Shown in pieces: positions 1-10,571 of a stretch of DNA of 64,000 nucleotides (position 1 is its first letter; each line of letters starts with the position of its first letter). Both the position numbers and the translations under genes were made by a program. The DNA is from an uncultured Planctomycetota bacterium (GTDB taxonomy: Bacteria > Planctomycetota > Planctomycetia > Isosphaerales > Isosphaeraceae). The notes under the pieces are model-generated. The model made no database searches. It saw only the letters and a list, made by a program, of their open reading frames with translations, and was not told where the DNA came from. The stretch lies in contig CAWGMQ010000005.1 of NCBI GenBank assembly GCA_963823665.1, forward strand, positions 256,001 to 320,000, given 5' to 3'.

Positions 1-484
1 AGACACCCAGTCCGGCGGCGAGCTCACCCAGATCGTCAATTCCCTCAAGACCGCATCACCCGAGATCCAGGTCTATCAGTACGACCTGAACGACGACGCC
101 TCGAGCAAGACGCCGGTCTCACTCGCCGGCGTGAACGTCTCGGTCATCGACCACGCCATCGAGCTCGACTTCGGCGCAAACGGCCTGGGCGGCAGCCCCA
201 ACACGACGACCGCCGATGGCTACTACGAGCTCGATATCAAGCTCCCGAACGGAGCGACCGCCGTGCACCACTTCTACCGGCTGCTAGGTGACGTCACGGG
301 AGACGGTACGGTAGACAACAACGACCTGAACGAAATCGCCGCCGAGATCAATCTCTCAAATCCGACAGGCCTCGCGCCCCTGGACGCAAACGTCAACGGC
401 GATGGCACTGTGTCTGCGCTCGATTTGACGCTGGCCACCCGGGCGAAGGGGCACAAACTGAAGTCGGGTCTTTCGTTGGGATGA
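1..484 (+). CDS. C-terminus of a large secreted protein with a dockerin-type (duplicated EF-hand) domain; 5' end outside window
   Basis: Frame open from base 2 to TGA at 482-484; two Ca-binding loops, GDVTGDGTVDNNDL and DANVNGDGTVSALDL. Confidence 0.8.
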   Translation, partial: DTQSGGELTQIVNSLKTASPEIQVYQYDLNDDASSKTPVSLAGVNVSVIDHAIELDFGANGLGGSPNTTTADGYYELDIKLPNGATAVHHFYRLLGDVTGDGTVDNNDLNEIAAEINLSNPTGLAPLDANVNGDGTVSALDLTLATRAKGHKLKSGLSLG

Positions 485-539
485 TTGAGAGCGCAGACGA
501 CGTAGCGTTTGACAGCTCGCCGAACGCGATTCGAGCACA

Positions 540-827
540 CTACCAGATCCGCCAGATCTCCCGCTCGCATTCCTCAATCTGGCGCCTTCGCTCTTCGGCT
601 ACGGCGAGATACGCCTCGGCCTGTCGGAGAGGGTTTCCGCAGGTGCCGAGCGGCCCCACAAGCAACTGATACTCTTGCCGCAGGCGATTCTCTTCTTTCG
701 AGTACCTGGCGATCCGATCGCGAAGCACAGCGTACCGCCTCCACTTCATGGCCCCCGCGCACAACACCGCAAGGCTCGCGACCACAATCAGCACCGCCCT
801 CAACCGCCAGCGAGCGAACTTCATCAC
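540..827 (-). CDS. Small hypothetical protein with N-terminal membrane anchor
   Basis: MMKFARWRLRAVLIVVASLAVLCAG resembles the basic-plus-hydrophobic N-terminus common in planctomycete small proteins. Confidence 0.55.
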   Translation of the reverse strand: MMKFARWRLRAVLIVVASLAVLCAGAMKWRRYAVLRDRIARYSKEENRLRQEYQLLVGPLGTCGNPLRQAEAYLAVAEERRRQIEECEREIWRIW

Positions 828-937
828 ACCTCCTCGAGCAAGCGCTTGGTGGTCAAATCCCCTGCCCGCCTACGATCCGCCATGACTGCATGCCGCGACA
901 ATCGGACCGGCATCCGAACCGGAACGCTAACGTGGAT

Positions 938-1513
938 TCAGGGGACTGCGAGACCGTATCGCGTCAGATCAATCACGGTCTTCGCCCGCTTGTCGTCGCC
1001 GAGCACCAGAAAGCGCGCCGGGCCAGCGTCCAGGATGGGACCTCGGGTTGCGATCAGGATTGGCGAATTGATCTTTGCGCCCGTGAGCCGGAACAGGAGC
1101 CATTTCTCCCGGCCTTCCTTGACGAGCTCGATGACGCATCTCAGCTCGATCGCCGGTAACACTCCGTGTTTTCCTCGCGATTGGGGAGTAAGGATGCCGC
1201 CCACAAGATCTCCGAACTCGTCGAACTCCGGCACATTCGGGTCAAGGATGAGCGTCCCGCGCTTCGCGTCGCTATCGACGAGGAGCCGGATTTGATGGAC
1301 GGGCCGCCGGCTCTCGTCGAGAACCAGCGCGGGCGTGAGCGGCCCCGATTGCAGCTCGACGTTCGGCGCGATCGGCTCCTGAGCGGTCGCTCCGAACGAG
1401 TTGAGCGTGAGGCACGCCGTCGATAGCAAGATCACGTGACCCATCGGAACGCTCCTGGCGACACCGAGCCTTGTCACGAACCCATTGTAGCGACAGGGTG
1501 ACATTGTCGTCAT
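938..1513 (-). CDS. Hypothetical exported protein (start may be the later MGHVILL)
   Basis: 191-aa ORF with signal-like segment VILLSTACLTLNSFGATA and globular composition. Confidence 0.5.
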   Translation of the reverse strand: MTTMSPCRYNGFVTRLGVARSVPMGHVILLSTACLTLNSFGATAQEPIAPNVELQSGPLTPALVLDESRRPVHQIRLLVDSDAKRGTLILDPNVPEFDEFGDLVGGILTPQSRGKHGVLPAIELRCVIELVKEGREKWLLFRLTGAKINSPILIATRGPILDAGPARFLVLGDDKRAKTVIDLTRYGLAVP

Positions 1514-1629
1514 GTTGGGCTGCGGACGTTACAATCCTCGATTGCCTCCGCGATTTCGGAAAGGACCAGGCGCGTCAACAGGCGAGACGCATCAGTCGGG
1601 CAACGGTGTCGGGCCCGGCTCCCGGGGGG

Positions 1630-1740
1630 TTGGACCAGGCCGGCAAGGCCCTCGGCATGTCTACCGCAACGGCCTACAGGCACTGGAACTACGCTCGCGC
1701 CTGGCTCCATGGCGAGCTTCTCGGAGCCGCAGAGTCGTAA
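1630..1740 (+). pseudogene. 3' remnant of a kinase-associated ECF sigma factor (TIGR02999-like), region 4 only
   Basis: LDQAGKALGMSTATAYRHWNYARAWL is the typical C-terminal HTH; it lies directly upstream of a kinase; no region 2 is present upstream. Confidence 0.75.
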
Positions 1741-1845
1741 GCAGCGCGCGGTTCTTCTTCATTTTTTCAGGCCGGTTGTGAGAAAAACGCCAGACAGATT
1801 CCGCATTGATCTCCAGAGCGGACTTGTGCCGCGGGAGCCATCATC

Positions 1846-3790
1846 GTGAACGATCCGTGCAATCAAGCCAAATCGATCTTTCTGGCGGCGATTGAAGAAC
1901 ACGCGCCGGAGCAGTGGCCGGGCTTCCTGGACCAAGCCTGTACCGGCGATGTCCGGCTCCGTGCCGAGGTCGAGAAACTGCTGCGTGCGCGCTCTGAGAT
2001 GGGCTCGTTTCACGAGCCGCCGCGGCCAGCCGCGGTCGCCACCGTCGATGCGCCCGTCATCGCGGAGGGCCCCGGCACGACCATCGGTCCCTACAAGCTG
2101 CTGGAACAGATCGGCGAGGGGGGCTTCGGCCTGGTGTTCATGGCCGAGCAGCAGCAGCCGGTGCGCCGCAAGGTGGCCCTCAAGATCCTCAAGCCCGGCA
2201 TGGACACCCGCCAGGTGATCGCCCGCTTCGAGGCCGAGCGCCAGGCCCTGGCGCTCATGGACCATCCCAACATCGCCAAGGTGCTCGATGCCGGTGAGAC
2301 CGGCTCGGGCCGCCCTCACTTCGTCATGGAGCTGGTCAAGGGCGTGCCGATCACCGACTACCGCGATCAGAACCGCCTGGCCACCCGAGAGCGGCTGGCG
2401 CTGTTCACGCACGTATGTCATGCCGTGCAGCACGCGCACCACAAGGGAATCATTCACCGGGACTTGAAGCCCTCGAACGTCATGGTGACGCTGCACGACG
2501 GCGTGCCGGTCGTCAAGGTGATCGACTTCGGCATCGCCAAGGCATTGGGGCAGCAGCTCACGGACAAGACGCTCTTCACCGGCTTCGCGCAACTGGTCGG
2601 CACGCCGATGTACATGAGCCCCGAGCAGGCCCAGTTGAATGGCCTGGACATCGACACGCGCAGCGACATCTACTCGCTGGGCGTGCTGCTGTACGAGCTA
2701 CTCGCGGGGGTCACGCCGTTTGACAGGGAACGGCTGCGCACGGCGGGCCACGACGAAATGAGGCGGATCATCCGGGAAGAGGATCCGCCGGGCCCGAGCA
2801 CCCGTCTGAGCACGCTGGGCCAGGCAGCGGTGACGGTCTCGGCCGAGCGGCAGAGCGATCCCAAGCGGCTGTGCCGGCTCTTGCGTGGCGAGCTGGACTG
2901 GATCGTGATGAAGGCGCTCGACAAGGATCGCAACCGCCGCTACGAGACGGCACAAGGCGGGGCTTCGGCTCACGGCGGCGGCGGCCCTGGTGTTGCTGCT
3001 GGCGGGCGCCGGCGTGAGCTGGGCGCTTCTGGACCAGGCAGCGCGTGGCAAAGAACTGTCCGGTCGCAGGGCCGAGACGGAACAAACCGTGAGCGCGGTG
3101 CTCTTCAAGACGCAGCAGTTGCGCCAGCAGGCTGGCGAGGCGCCCTACGCGACGAGCCAGGAGGCGGACGCCGCCCGGGCGCTGTGGCGCCAGGCGGAAG
3201 CGTTGCTGGACCAAGCGGAGACCGCCTTGAGGACCGGAAGCTGCTCAGCACCTTCATGGTGACCAGCTCCAGTGACAGCGGCGCCCTGAGCACAGGCGAG
3301 AACGAAACCTTCGCCGCGCCATCGCTGGCCATCACCAACTGCACGTTCACCGGCAACGAGGCTGTCGGGTCGAGCGGGGCCAACAACTCCACCGCGCTCT
3401 TCGGCGGTGAAGCTCTGGGCGGCGCCATGGCCAATGCCGGCCCGCTCACCATTGCCAACAGCACGTTTACCGGCAACGTGGCCGAGGGCGGGGACCACGG
3501 CGACAACGTCGGCGGTCTTGACCCCGACCCCGTCCTCGGCGAGGCATGGGGCGGCGGCCTGGTCAACTTTGCCAGCACGCTCACGATAACCAACACTGTC
3601 TTTAGCTGCAACCAGGCCATCGGCGGCAACTCCGCCACCGGACCCGGAGCTCCGGCCGCAGGCGGCGGCCTCGCCGCGGAGATCTTTGCTGACACGACGC
3701 TCACCGGCGTGAGCTCCTTCGGCAACCAGGCGATTGGCGGCAGCGGCGGGAGCAGCAGCCCCGGATACGCGGGCACGGGCGGCAGCGGGT
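1846..3790 (+). pseudogene. Hanks-type Ser/Thr kinase with intact catalytic domain (to ~2950), followed by spliced fragments of other genes
   Basis: [36 protein letters not shown] motifs; after RRYETA it jumps to a TM fragment in another frame, then [10 protein letters not shown], then beta-helix repeats ([23 protein letters not shown]). Confidence 0.8.
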
Positions 3791-3873
3791 TCGACTGTGC
3801 GACTCGAACCCACACCGTCTTGCGACGACCGGATTTTGAGTCCGGTACCTCTGCCATATACGTGGTAGTCGAA
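3790..3873 (-). tRNA. Atypical or degenerate tRNA-Leu(CAA)-like cloverleaf
   Basis: Minus strand: TTCGACT ACC ACGTATATGGCAGA GGT A CCGGA CTCAAAA TCCGG TCGTCGCAAGACGGT GTGGG TTCGAGT CGCAC AGTCGAA; 7-bp acceptor stem, CAA anticodon arm, long variable arm, TTCGA loop; no U8, one G-G mismatch in the T stem, no CCA. Confidence 0.65.
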
Positions 3874-4114
3874 AACACGTCTGACACCCACGATCCACGC
3901 CCGAGCCTGCATGACCGAGAAATTGGGCGTCTGAACTCGCGCCCGACAGAGGAACTCGGCTCGTCGGATCGGCGCCGCGTCGATCAATCTCAATCGCGTC
4001 CGGCGCCGTCGTCCCGCAGCGCGAGCCGCGCACTTGCGCTGCCCGTCCCTCGCTACGTCGGTTATCATTAACGCTGGTAGAAGCAAACTGACTCCAGCCG
4101 TTGGAGTTAGAATC

Positions 4115-4351
4115 ATGATGTCCCCCGGCGCTCGTCCAAATCTGTCCAAGTTACCGCCATCGGGGCTTGGACCGGACGGCAAGTTGCCCCGATTGACCGA
4201 TGAAGAGCGAAGGCGCTTGATCGAGTCGGCGCAGCAACGGTTGGCTGAAATCGCCGAAATGACCGACGACGATCCCCCCGGGGCCTTTGAGGAGTTCATG
4301 CGCAACCTTGACGAAAACCGTCCTCATCGGCCTCTGTCTAAGGGGATGTGA
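4115..4351 (+). CDS. Small acidic protein, possibly an orphan type II antitoxin
   Basis: 78 aa ending FMRNLDENRPHRPLSKGM; an ATGATGATCCTC start overlaps the stop but no partner ORF continues; upstream palindrome. Confidence 0.45.
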   Translation: MMSPGARPNLSKLPPSGLGPDGKLPRLTDEERRRLIESAQQRLAEIAEMTDDDPPGAFEEFMRNLDENRPHRPLSKGM

Positions 4352-4389
4352 TGATGATCCTCAGGCCGCGAACACCCGATCAATGCCGG

Positions 4390-5821
4390 TCACGACACGA
4401 TCCTGGAGACGACCTCGCCTTCCGTGTCAGTCAGTCGGAATCGGCGGCCGTTGTGCTGATACGTGAGCAGTTTGTGATCCATACCAAGCAAGTGCAGGAT
4501 CGTGGCGTGCAGGTCGTGGACTGAGGTACGTTCCGAGGCGGCCTTCCAGCCGATGTCGTCCGTTTCCCCGTGGCTTACACCCCCCTTGACTCCCCCTCCG
4601 GCCATCCAGACCAGAAATCCATTCGGGTTGTGATCGCGGCCGTCGCCTTTCTCGGAGACCGGCATCCGGCCGAACTCGCCTCCCCAGACGACGAGCGTCG
4701 ATTCCAGTAGCCCGCGTTGTTTGAGGTCGGCACAGGAGGCCAGCGATGGGCCGGTCGGTTTCAAGACATCTCTGACCGTGATTGCCTTTCAGGTCGTTGT
4801 GGGCGTCCCACTCGTCGTTGCAGTAAACCTGCACGAACCGAACCCCTCGCTCGACGAGCCTGCGCGCCAGCAGGCATTTTTCACCGAACGGGCGCGTCAC
4901 ATCCTCGTCGAGCCCGTAGAGGCTTCGGACCGACCGGCTCTCCGCGGAGAAACTCACCGCGTCCATCGCCTCGGTCTGCATCCGACCCGCGAGCTCGTAG
5001 TTCTGTATCCGCGCCAGAAGATCGGCTTCGCCAGGATGCCGCTCCGCGTGCTCGCCGTTGAGCCTCGCGGAGAGCTCGAGCATCGCGTGCTGCCGGGTTT
5101 CGCTCACGTCCGGCAGGCGATTCAGGTCGAGGATCGGCGAGCCCTGCGCGCGAAAAGTCGTCGCCTGATAGGCCGAGGGCAAGAACCCCGCTCCCCAGTT
5201 GCCCGCGCCCCCTTTGCTGCCACGGGAGTTTTGCAGGACCACGAAGCCGGGCAGGCTCTGGTTCTCCGTGCCGAGCCCGTATGCGACCCACGACCCGGCG
5301 CTCGGGAAGCCTGCTCGAATCACTCCTGTGTTCATCTGATACATCGCCGGTCCATGCGCGGGCGACTCGGCGAAACAACCTTTGATGAGTGCAAGGTCGT
5401 CCACATGCCGGGCGAGGTGGGGCAGCCGGTCACAAACCCAGGCCCCGCTCTGGCCGTACTGCTGGAAACCAAACGGTGAGCGCATCAAGGGGCCGGGGCT
5501 TCCGAAGAAGACATCGATCGAGCGACCGGGGCGTTGCCCGTGGTGTCGGTCGAGCTCGGTCTTCGGGTCGAAGGTGTCCATGGCGCTTGGTCCGCCTTCC
5601 ATGAACAGCCAGATCACGCACCGTGCTTTCGCTGCGAAATGCGTCGGCTTCGGAGCCATTGCCCCGTCGGACGTCGCGTCCGAGGCCAGCAGTCGATCGC
5701 CACCGAGCAGTTCGGCCAGGGCGAGCATTCCGAAGCCATTGCCGGCCCGACTGAGGAATTGCCGGCGATTGGAAATCATCCGATCGACTCGGCCGCAAGG
5801 GAAGCGAGACCCGTTTTCCAT
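4390..5821 (-). CDS. DUF1501 sulfatase-like protein with Tat signal; one frameshift near 4735
   Basis: SNRRQFL Tat motif, [35 protein letters not shown], then GEFGRMP, GRDHNP and [13 protein letters not shown] in the second frame. Confidence 0.92.
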
Positions 5822-5841
5822 GATCGAAATCGACCTCGCGG

Positions 5842-8370
5842 TTAATCGACGTACAGGAATTCGTTGAGCGTGAACAGGACGTGGCAGAAGTCCGTCAGGA
5901 TTTCTTGATCACCTTCCTTCGCCAGGAACTCGCGCGCGGTTTTCTCCTCGTCCAGGCTGGGACGGCGGCTCAGTGCCAGCTCGTAGGCGCGGCGGACGCG
6001 GCGATCCGTGTCGGCACCAGCTTCCCGCGAAACCCTCCCGGCAAGGTCGCGGGCCCGCGCACGCACGAACGGGTTATTGAGAAGCAGGAGATTCTGCGTG
6101 GGTACGGCCGTGCTGTTCCGCCGGCCGCACGCAGACGTGGAATCGGGTGAATCAAACACCTCGACAAACGGGTTCGTCACCGATCGCTTGATGAACGCAT
6201 AAACCGACCGCCGCCAGTTCGCGGGTCCGTCACGAATGTCGGCTGGATAGGCGTCCTTGCTTCGTGTCGCGATGGCTTCGGAGGGGATGATGGAGCGGAA
6301 CGAGGGCCCGTATACCTGGGGAGACAAGCGACCTGACGCAGCGAGCATCGCGTCGCGGATGGCCTCCGCCTCCAAACGCCTGGGACGGCGGTGCCAGAGG
6401 AACCGGTTTTCCTGGTCGATGGCGGCCTTGGCCGGGTCATGAGCCGTCGCTTGCCGGTAAGCCGCGCTCGTGACGATCCGGCGATGCAGCGGCTTCAGTC
6501 GCAGCCGCCCTGAACGAGCTCGCCGGCCAGCCAGTCGAGCAGCTCGGGATGGACCGGTTTCTCGCCTTGTGTCCCGAAGTCGTCGGGAGTTCGCGAGAGT
6601 CCCTCGCCGAAATGATGCTGCCACATCCGGTTGACGGCGACCCGCGCCAGCAAGCCGCCCGCGCCCTGCTCGACGTCGGTCAGCCACTCCGCCAGCGCAG
6701 CGCGTTGGTAGGTCGTGCCCGGAACTCGATCGTCTGCATGCTCTGACTTCGAGCTCCGCCCGATCCGCTTCTTTGCCCTGGCGTGGAAGTCCCTGGCGCT
6801 CGCGGAACCGGTCAATACCTGGAGAAAACCGAGGTTGACCACCGACTTCTTGTTCGTCACGCTGCCGCGACCGAGCAGGAACGATTGGTTCGGCGTCGCC
6901 GCGGTGTCGAGTAATACAACTCCGCGGTCAACTTTACCCTTTGCCTCGGGCAGTCGGGATTTGAGGGTCTGCCAGGCCTTTCTCTGTTCCGGCATCATCC
7001 ACGTGAGAAGAAGCTCGTCCGTAGCCTCCAGGGCCTTGCCGTATTTCTTGTAAAGCTCGATCTGAATGGGTACGAAGAAGTGCTCGGGCTGACGAAGCCA
7101 GAACTTCTCCTCATCGGAGAGATGAAGCACTCTCATGCGGTCTTCGCGGTAAAGCCGGCGCTCGGCGCGGAGCCAGCGTTCCAGGTCGCGGTGCGGTCGA
7201 GAGAGAGAAGCGTCCTCGCGCTCGGCCGTCGTGAACGCCGCCAGCATCGAATAATAATCGCGCGTGGGGATCGGATCGAACTTGTGGTCATGACAACGTG
7301 CGCAGCCGACGGTGAGGCCGAGAAAGGCTGAGCTCGTGGTCGAGAGGATGTTGTCCAGCTCGTCATAACGGATTTTCTCTTTGTTCTCCTCCGTATCAGC
7401 GGGCGTCGTTTCCTGAGCAAGGCGCCGCCGTGCAAAAACCCGTCGCGGCGAGCGCGCGTGGGTTGCCCGGTTCGAGCTCATCGCCGGCGATCTGCCAGCG
7501 GACGAACTGGTCGAACGGCATGTCGTCGTTCAGGGCATGGATTACGAAGTCGCGGTAGCGGTAGGCCGTCTTGCGGTCGAGGTCGGACTCATACCCGTCG
7601 CTGTCCGCGTAACGGGCCAGATCGAGCCAGTGTCGTCCCCAGCGCTCGCCATACTGCGGAGAGGCAAGCAGGCGGTCGACGACGCGTTCATACGCATCTG
7701 GCCTCCGGTCGCCGGCGAAAGCTGTCACATCATCGAAGCTTGGAGGCAATCCGATCAAGTCAAAGGTCACGCGGCGAATCAAGGTTAACCGATCGGCCTC
7801 GGGAGCCGGCGTCAGATTCTTCGCTTGGCGCGCGTTATTCAGGAAAGCGTCAATGGGGTTCGACAGTGCACCGGCACCCGTTGTGCCCGGGGGGCTGATC
7901 GGCCGGAGCTGCCGGAACGACCAGTGGTCGCGGTCGGCGGCGGTCACGACCATTTCCGGGCGGCCCGGGTTCGCGGTCGCGCCTTTCGCCGCCGTCGGCC
8001 AGGAAGCTCCGTCGGCAACCCAGCGGCGAAGCAAACTCACTTCGTCCACCGAAAGGCGTGTCCCCCTGGGCGGCATGCGTCGATCGTCCTTGTCCGAAGA
8101 CACTCGGTCGATCAACGCGCTCGACTCGACCTTTCCCGGAACGACCGCGGGCTCGCCGGAATCACCGCCGGCCAGCACCGATTCCCTCACATCGAGCCGA
8201 AGCCCGCCGCGCTGCTTTTCGGGCCCGTGACACTTGAGGCAATTGCGCTCGAGGATGGATTGAACTTTCGAAGCCAAATCCACAGGTGCAGGTTCATCCG
8301 CGATCGCGGCGTTTTGCACGAACGCGGCGAGCCAGCTCATCGCAGTCAAGGCGGTGAGCCACGCTCTCAT
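5842..8370 (-). CDS. Planctomycete cytochrome c / DUF1549 / DUF1553 (PSD1) protein; frameshifts near 7420 and 6500
   Basis: CLKCH and [11 protein letters not shown] heme motifs; [37 protein letters not shown]. Confidence 0.92.
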
Positions 8371-8844
8371 GGACTTTCCCCCTGCCGTCTGGCGATCGGT
8401 GGCTGTTGGACGGGCAAAGCGAGATCGGACGAAGTCGTCGATAAACAGATACTTCCCGATAATTGAATCCGCCAACAGGATGTAGGAACAGGGCGATTCT
8501 TCCAATTCGTCTGCTTGATTGAATTCTCCAGGGAAACGATACCTGCGTCAATCGCGGCCAATTCCCGTTGATTGGTGAGAACCAGTTGCTGGCGTTGAGG
8601 ATTCAGGGCCTTCGAATCTGGCAGGGATCCCCTACGCAAGGAGTTCGACGCACCCAGCCGCCGGGCCGGGCCGCCACCCATTCGTCCAGGAACGGACTTC
8701 GTCCGCGCCGTGACCAGAGGCTGGTCCGCCCACGCGCAACGAAAAGGACCGATTGCGCGCGCCAGGCATGCATTCGGTCCCTTATTGATGGAAAATGGCC
8801 GAGGTCGAAACGAAGATCCCGGCCGTTCTTTTGACGTGTGCGCG

Positions 8845-9495
8845 TCAGGCAGCGCGGCGGTTGCGGAACCGGCTGGCTGCCGCGATCGCGCCCAGCCCCA
8901 ACCCCAGCAGCACCACGCCCGACGGCTCGGGTACACTCAGCACCATGACCTGAGGCCCACTCGAAGTCGGTGTGACTGTGCCATCGACGGTCCCGGAGGA
9001 ATTGACGAGGAACGTGGCGCCGATTTCGCCCGAGCCGGAGTCAAAGATGTTGAGGTTGAATGCAGTGCCGCTGAAGGCCCCCGTGGCACCAGGACCGATC
9101 TCGGGCCCCGACAGCGTCACGAATACGTCGAAGAACGAGCCCACCGAGAAGTTCTGATCGAGCTCGGAATACGCGGTATTGTTCGCGGTGATCATTCCAG
9201 GGGAAAGTGGCGGCAAACCGCCGGAAGCAGTCCCCGTGTTGGGTTGGAGCAGCGAGTTCTGGAGGGCGCCGTCGGTGGTGGCGCCAAAGACCACCGCCGA
9301 CACGCTCGCCGAAGCAGGCGGGAAGGACGGAGCGAGCGTGACCTGAACGAACCCGCCCGGCCCCGAGGTTAAACCGGACGTATCGGCGAGGATCTCATAG
9401 GTCATCGACCCGGCCCGCGCCGGGTTCGACAATCCGGCGCCGGCGACGATGAACAGCGCAGCCAAGAGGAATGAAAAGATCTGTCGAAAGCTCAT
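8845..9495 (-). CDS. PEP-CTERM sorting domain protein
   Basis: Signal peptide; C-terminal VPEPSGVVLLGLGLGAIAAASRFRNRRAA. Confidence 0.92.
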   Translation of the reverse strand: MSFRQIFSFLLAALFIVAGAGLSNPARAGSMTYEILADTSGLTSGPGGFVQVTLAPSFPPASASVSAVVFGATTDGALQNSLLQPNTGTASGGLPPLSPGMITANNTAYSELDQNFSVGSFFDVFVTLSGPEIGPGATGAFSGTAFNLNIFDSGSGEIGATFLVNSSGTVDGTVTPTSSGPQVMVLSVPEPSGVVLLGLGLGAIAAASRFRNRRAA

Positions 9496-9536
9496 GCAAT
9501 AGCCTTCTTTCTATTTATATCTTAAGGTTAAAGAGA

Positions 9537-10571
9537 TCATGATCCGAGAAAACCGAGATAGAACGACGTTGAGTAGCTGGCCGGGGCGACGTTCGAGTTG
9601 AAAGTGACGGTGATCGCGCTGGTGGTCGCGCCCGCCGCCAGGCTCGCGACTTGGAACTGGAGATAGAACTGTCCACCGTAGGTGCCAGTTGCATTCTCCA
9701 GGAAAACGCCCCCTGGGAGATTGAACTGGATGTAGATCGGCCCGCTGAACGCCGACGTGCCGGTGTTCGTGAGGGTGATGCTTCCGGACCAGAGGCCCGT
9801 CCTGGGGTTGTGGGACAGACCAAACTTGTTGATTCGAATGCTGGCGGTCTCCACGTCGAACGTGCCGAGGGAACCGCTCGGGATGGTGTCACCGTTCGTG
9901 TCGCTGACCGGCGAGCCGCCAAGGTCGACGGTGTAGGTGCCGTTGTCGGCCGAGGTCCACGAGCCGTGCGGCGGCGTGATCGAGTACGTCACCGTGAAAA
10001 ACTGGGAATTGCCCGAGGAATCGGTCGGGCCATTGGCCACCGTGGAGACGACCGTCGCGGTGATCGGACCACCGAGTCCGCTGGGTGGGACGACCTGCAC
10101 GACCGCGCCGGCCAGTGATGTCCGCGTGATGTAAGCGGCGCCGGCGTAGGCCACGGTGAAGTCATAGGACGTCTGGCCGTAACCAGGCGCGACGGGAACG
10201 TTCGAGGCGGTGAGCGTGGCGTCTGGTCCTGGGACCGAGGCGATGCTGATGCCATCGCCGGGGTCGCCTTTGATGGAGGTGTTCACGAAGCCGGGTCTGT
10301 AGCGTTCCTCGAAGCTGCCGATGGTCTGGCCGGCGCCGTCGCCCTTGATGGAACCGAAGGAGATCAGGTTCGCGAGCGGTTTCGTGGCCGTGGCCTTCGA
10401 CGCCAGCATCAACGCGGTCCCCCCGTCGACCAGCGGGTAGGACACCAGGTCGCTTCCGAGGCCCTGCGCGAGGGCGAGCCGGACCTCCAGATTTTCCAGC
10501 AGCGGCCGGACCGGCCGTTGCCTGCGACGTTGAACGCTTAGAGGACGCAGGGATCGCTTGCGGGATGACAT
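9537..10571 (-). CDS. Planctomycete secreted protein (LExRxxL leader), apparently internally deleted
   Basis: RRRQRPVRPLLENLEVRLAL leader; short GSIKGDGAGQTI segment resembling the start of S53 peptidases; Ser/Thr-rich beta domains. Confidence 0.7.
   Translation of the reverse strand: MSSRKRSLRPLSVQRRRQRPVRPLLENLEVRLALAQGLGSDLVSYPLVDGGTALMLASKATATKPLANLISFGSIKGDGAGQTIGSFEERYRPGFVNTSIKGDPGDGISIASVPGPDATLTASNVPVAPGYGQTSYDFTVAYAGAAYITRTSLAGAVVQVVPPSGLGGPITATVVSTVANGPTDSSGNSQFFTVTYSITPPHGSWTSADNGTYTVDLGGSPVSDTNGDTIPSGSLGTFDVETASIRINKFGLSHNPRTGLWSGSITLTNTGTSAFSGPIYIQFNLPGGVFLENATGTYGGQFYLQFQVASLAAGATTSAITVTFNSNVAPASYSTSFYLGFLGS

Noticed and set aside
1759..2592. Long antisense ORFs (also 43370-44293, 12106-12864, 61123-62268 and others)
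   Set aside because: Shadow ORFs of GC-rich coding genes on the opposite strand
1846..4071. Genuine 741-aa kinase/beta-helix receptor
   Set aside because: The middle is an off-frame read of a TM fragment and the tail translates the antisense of a tRNA-like element
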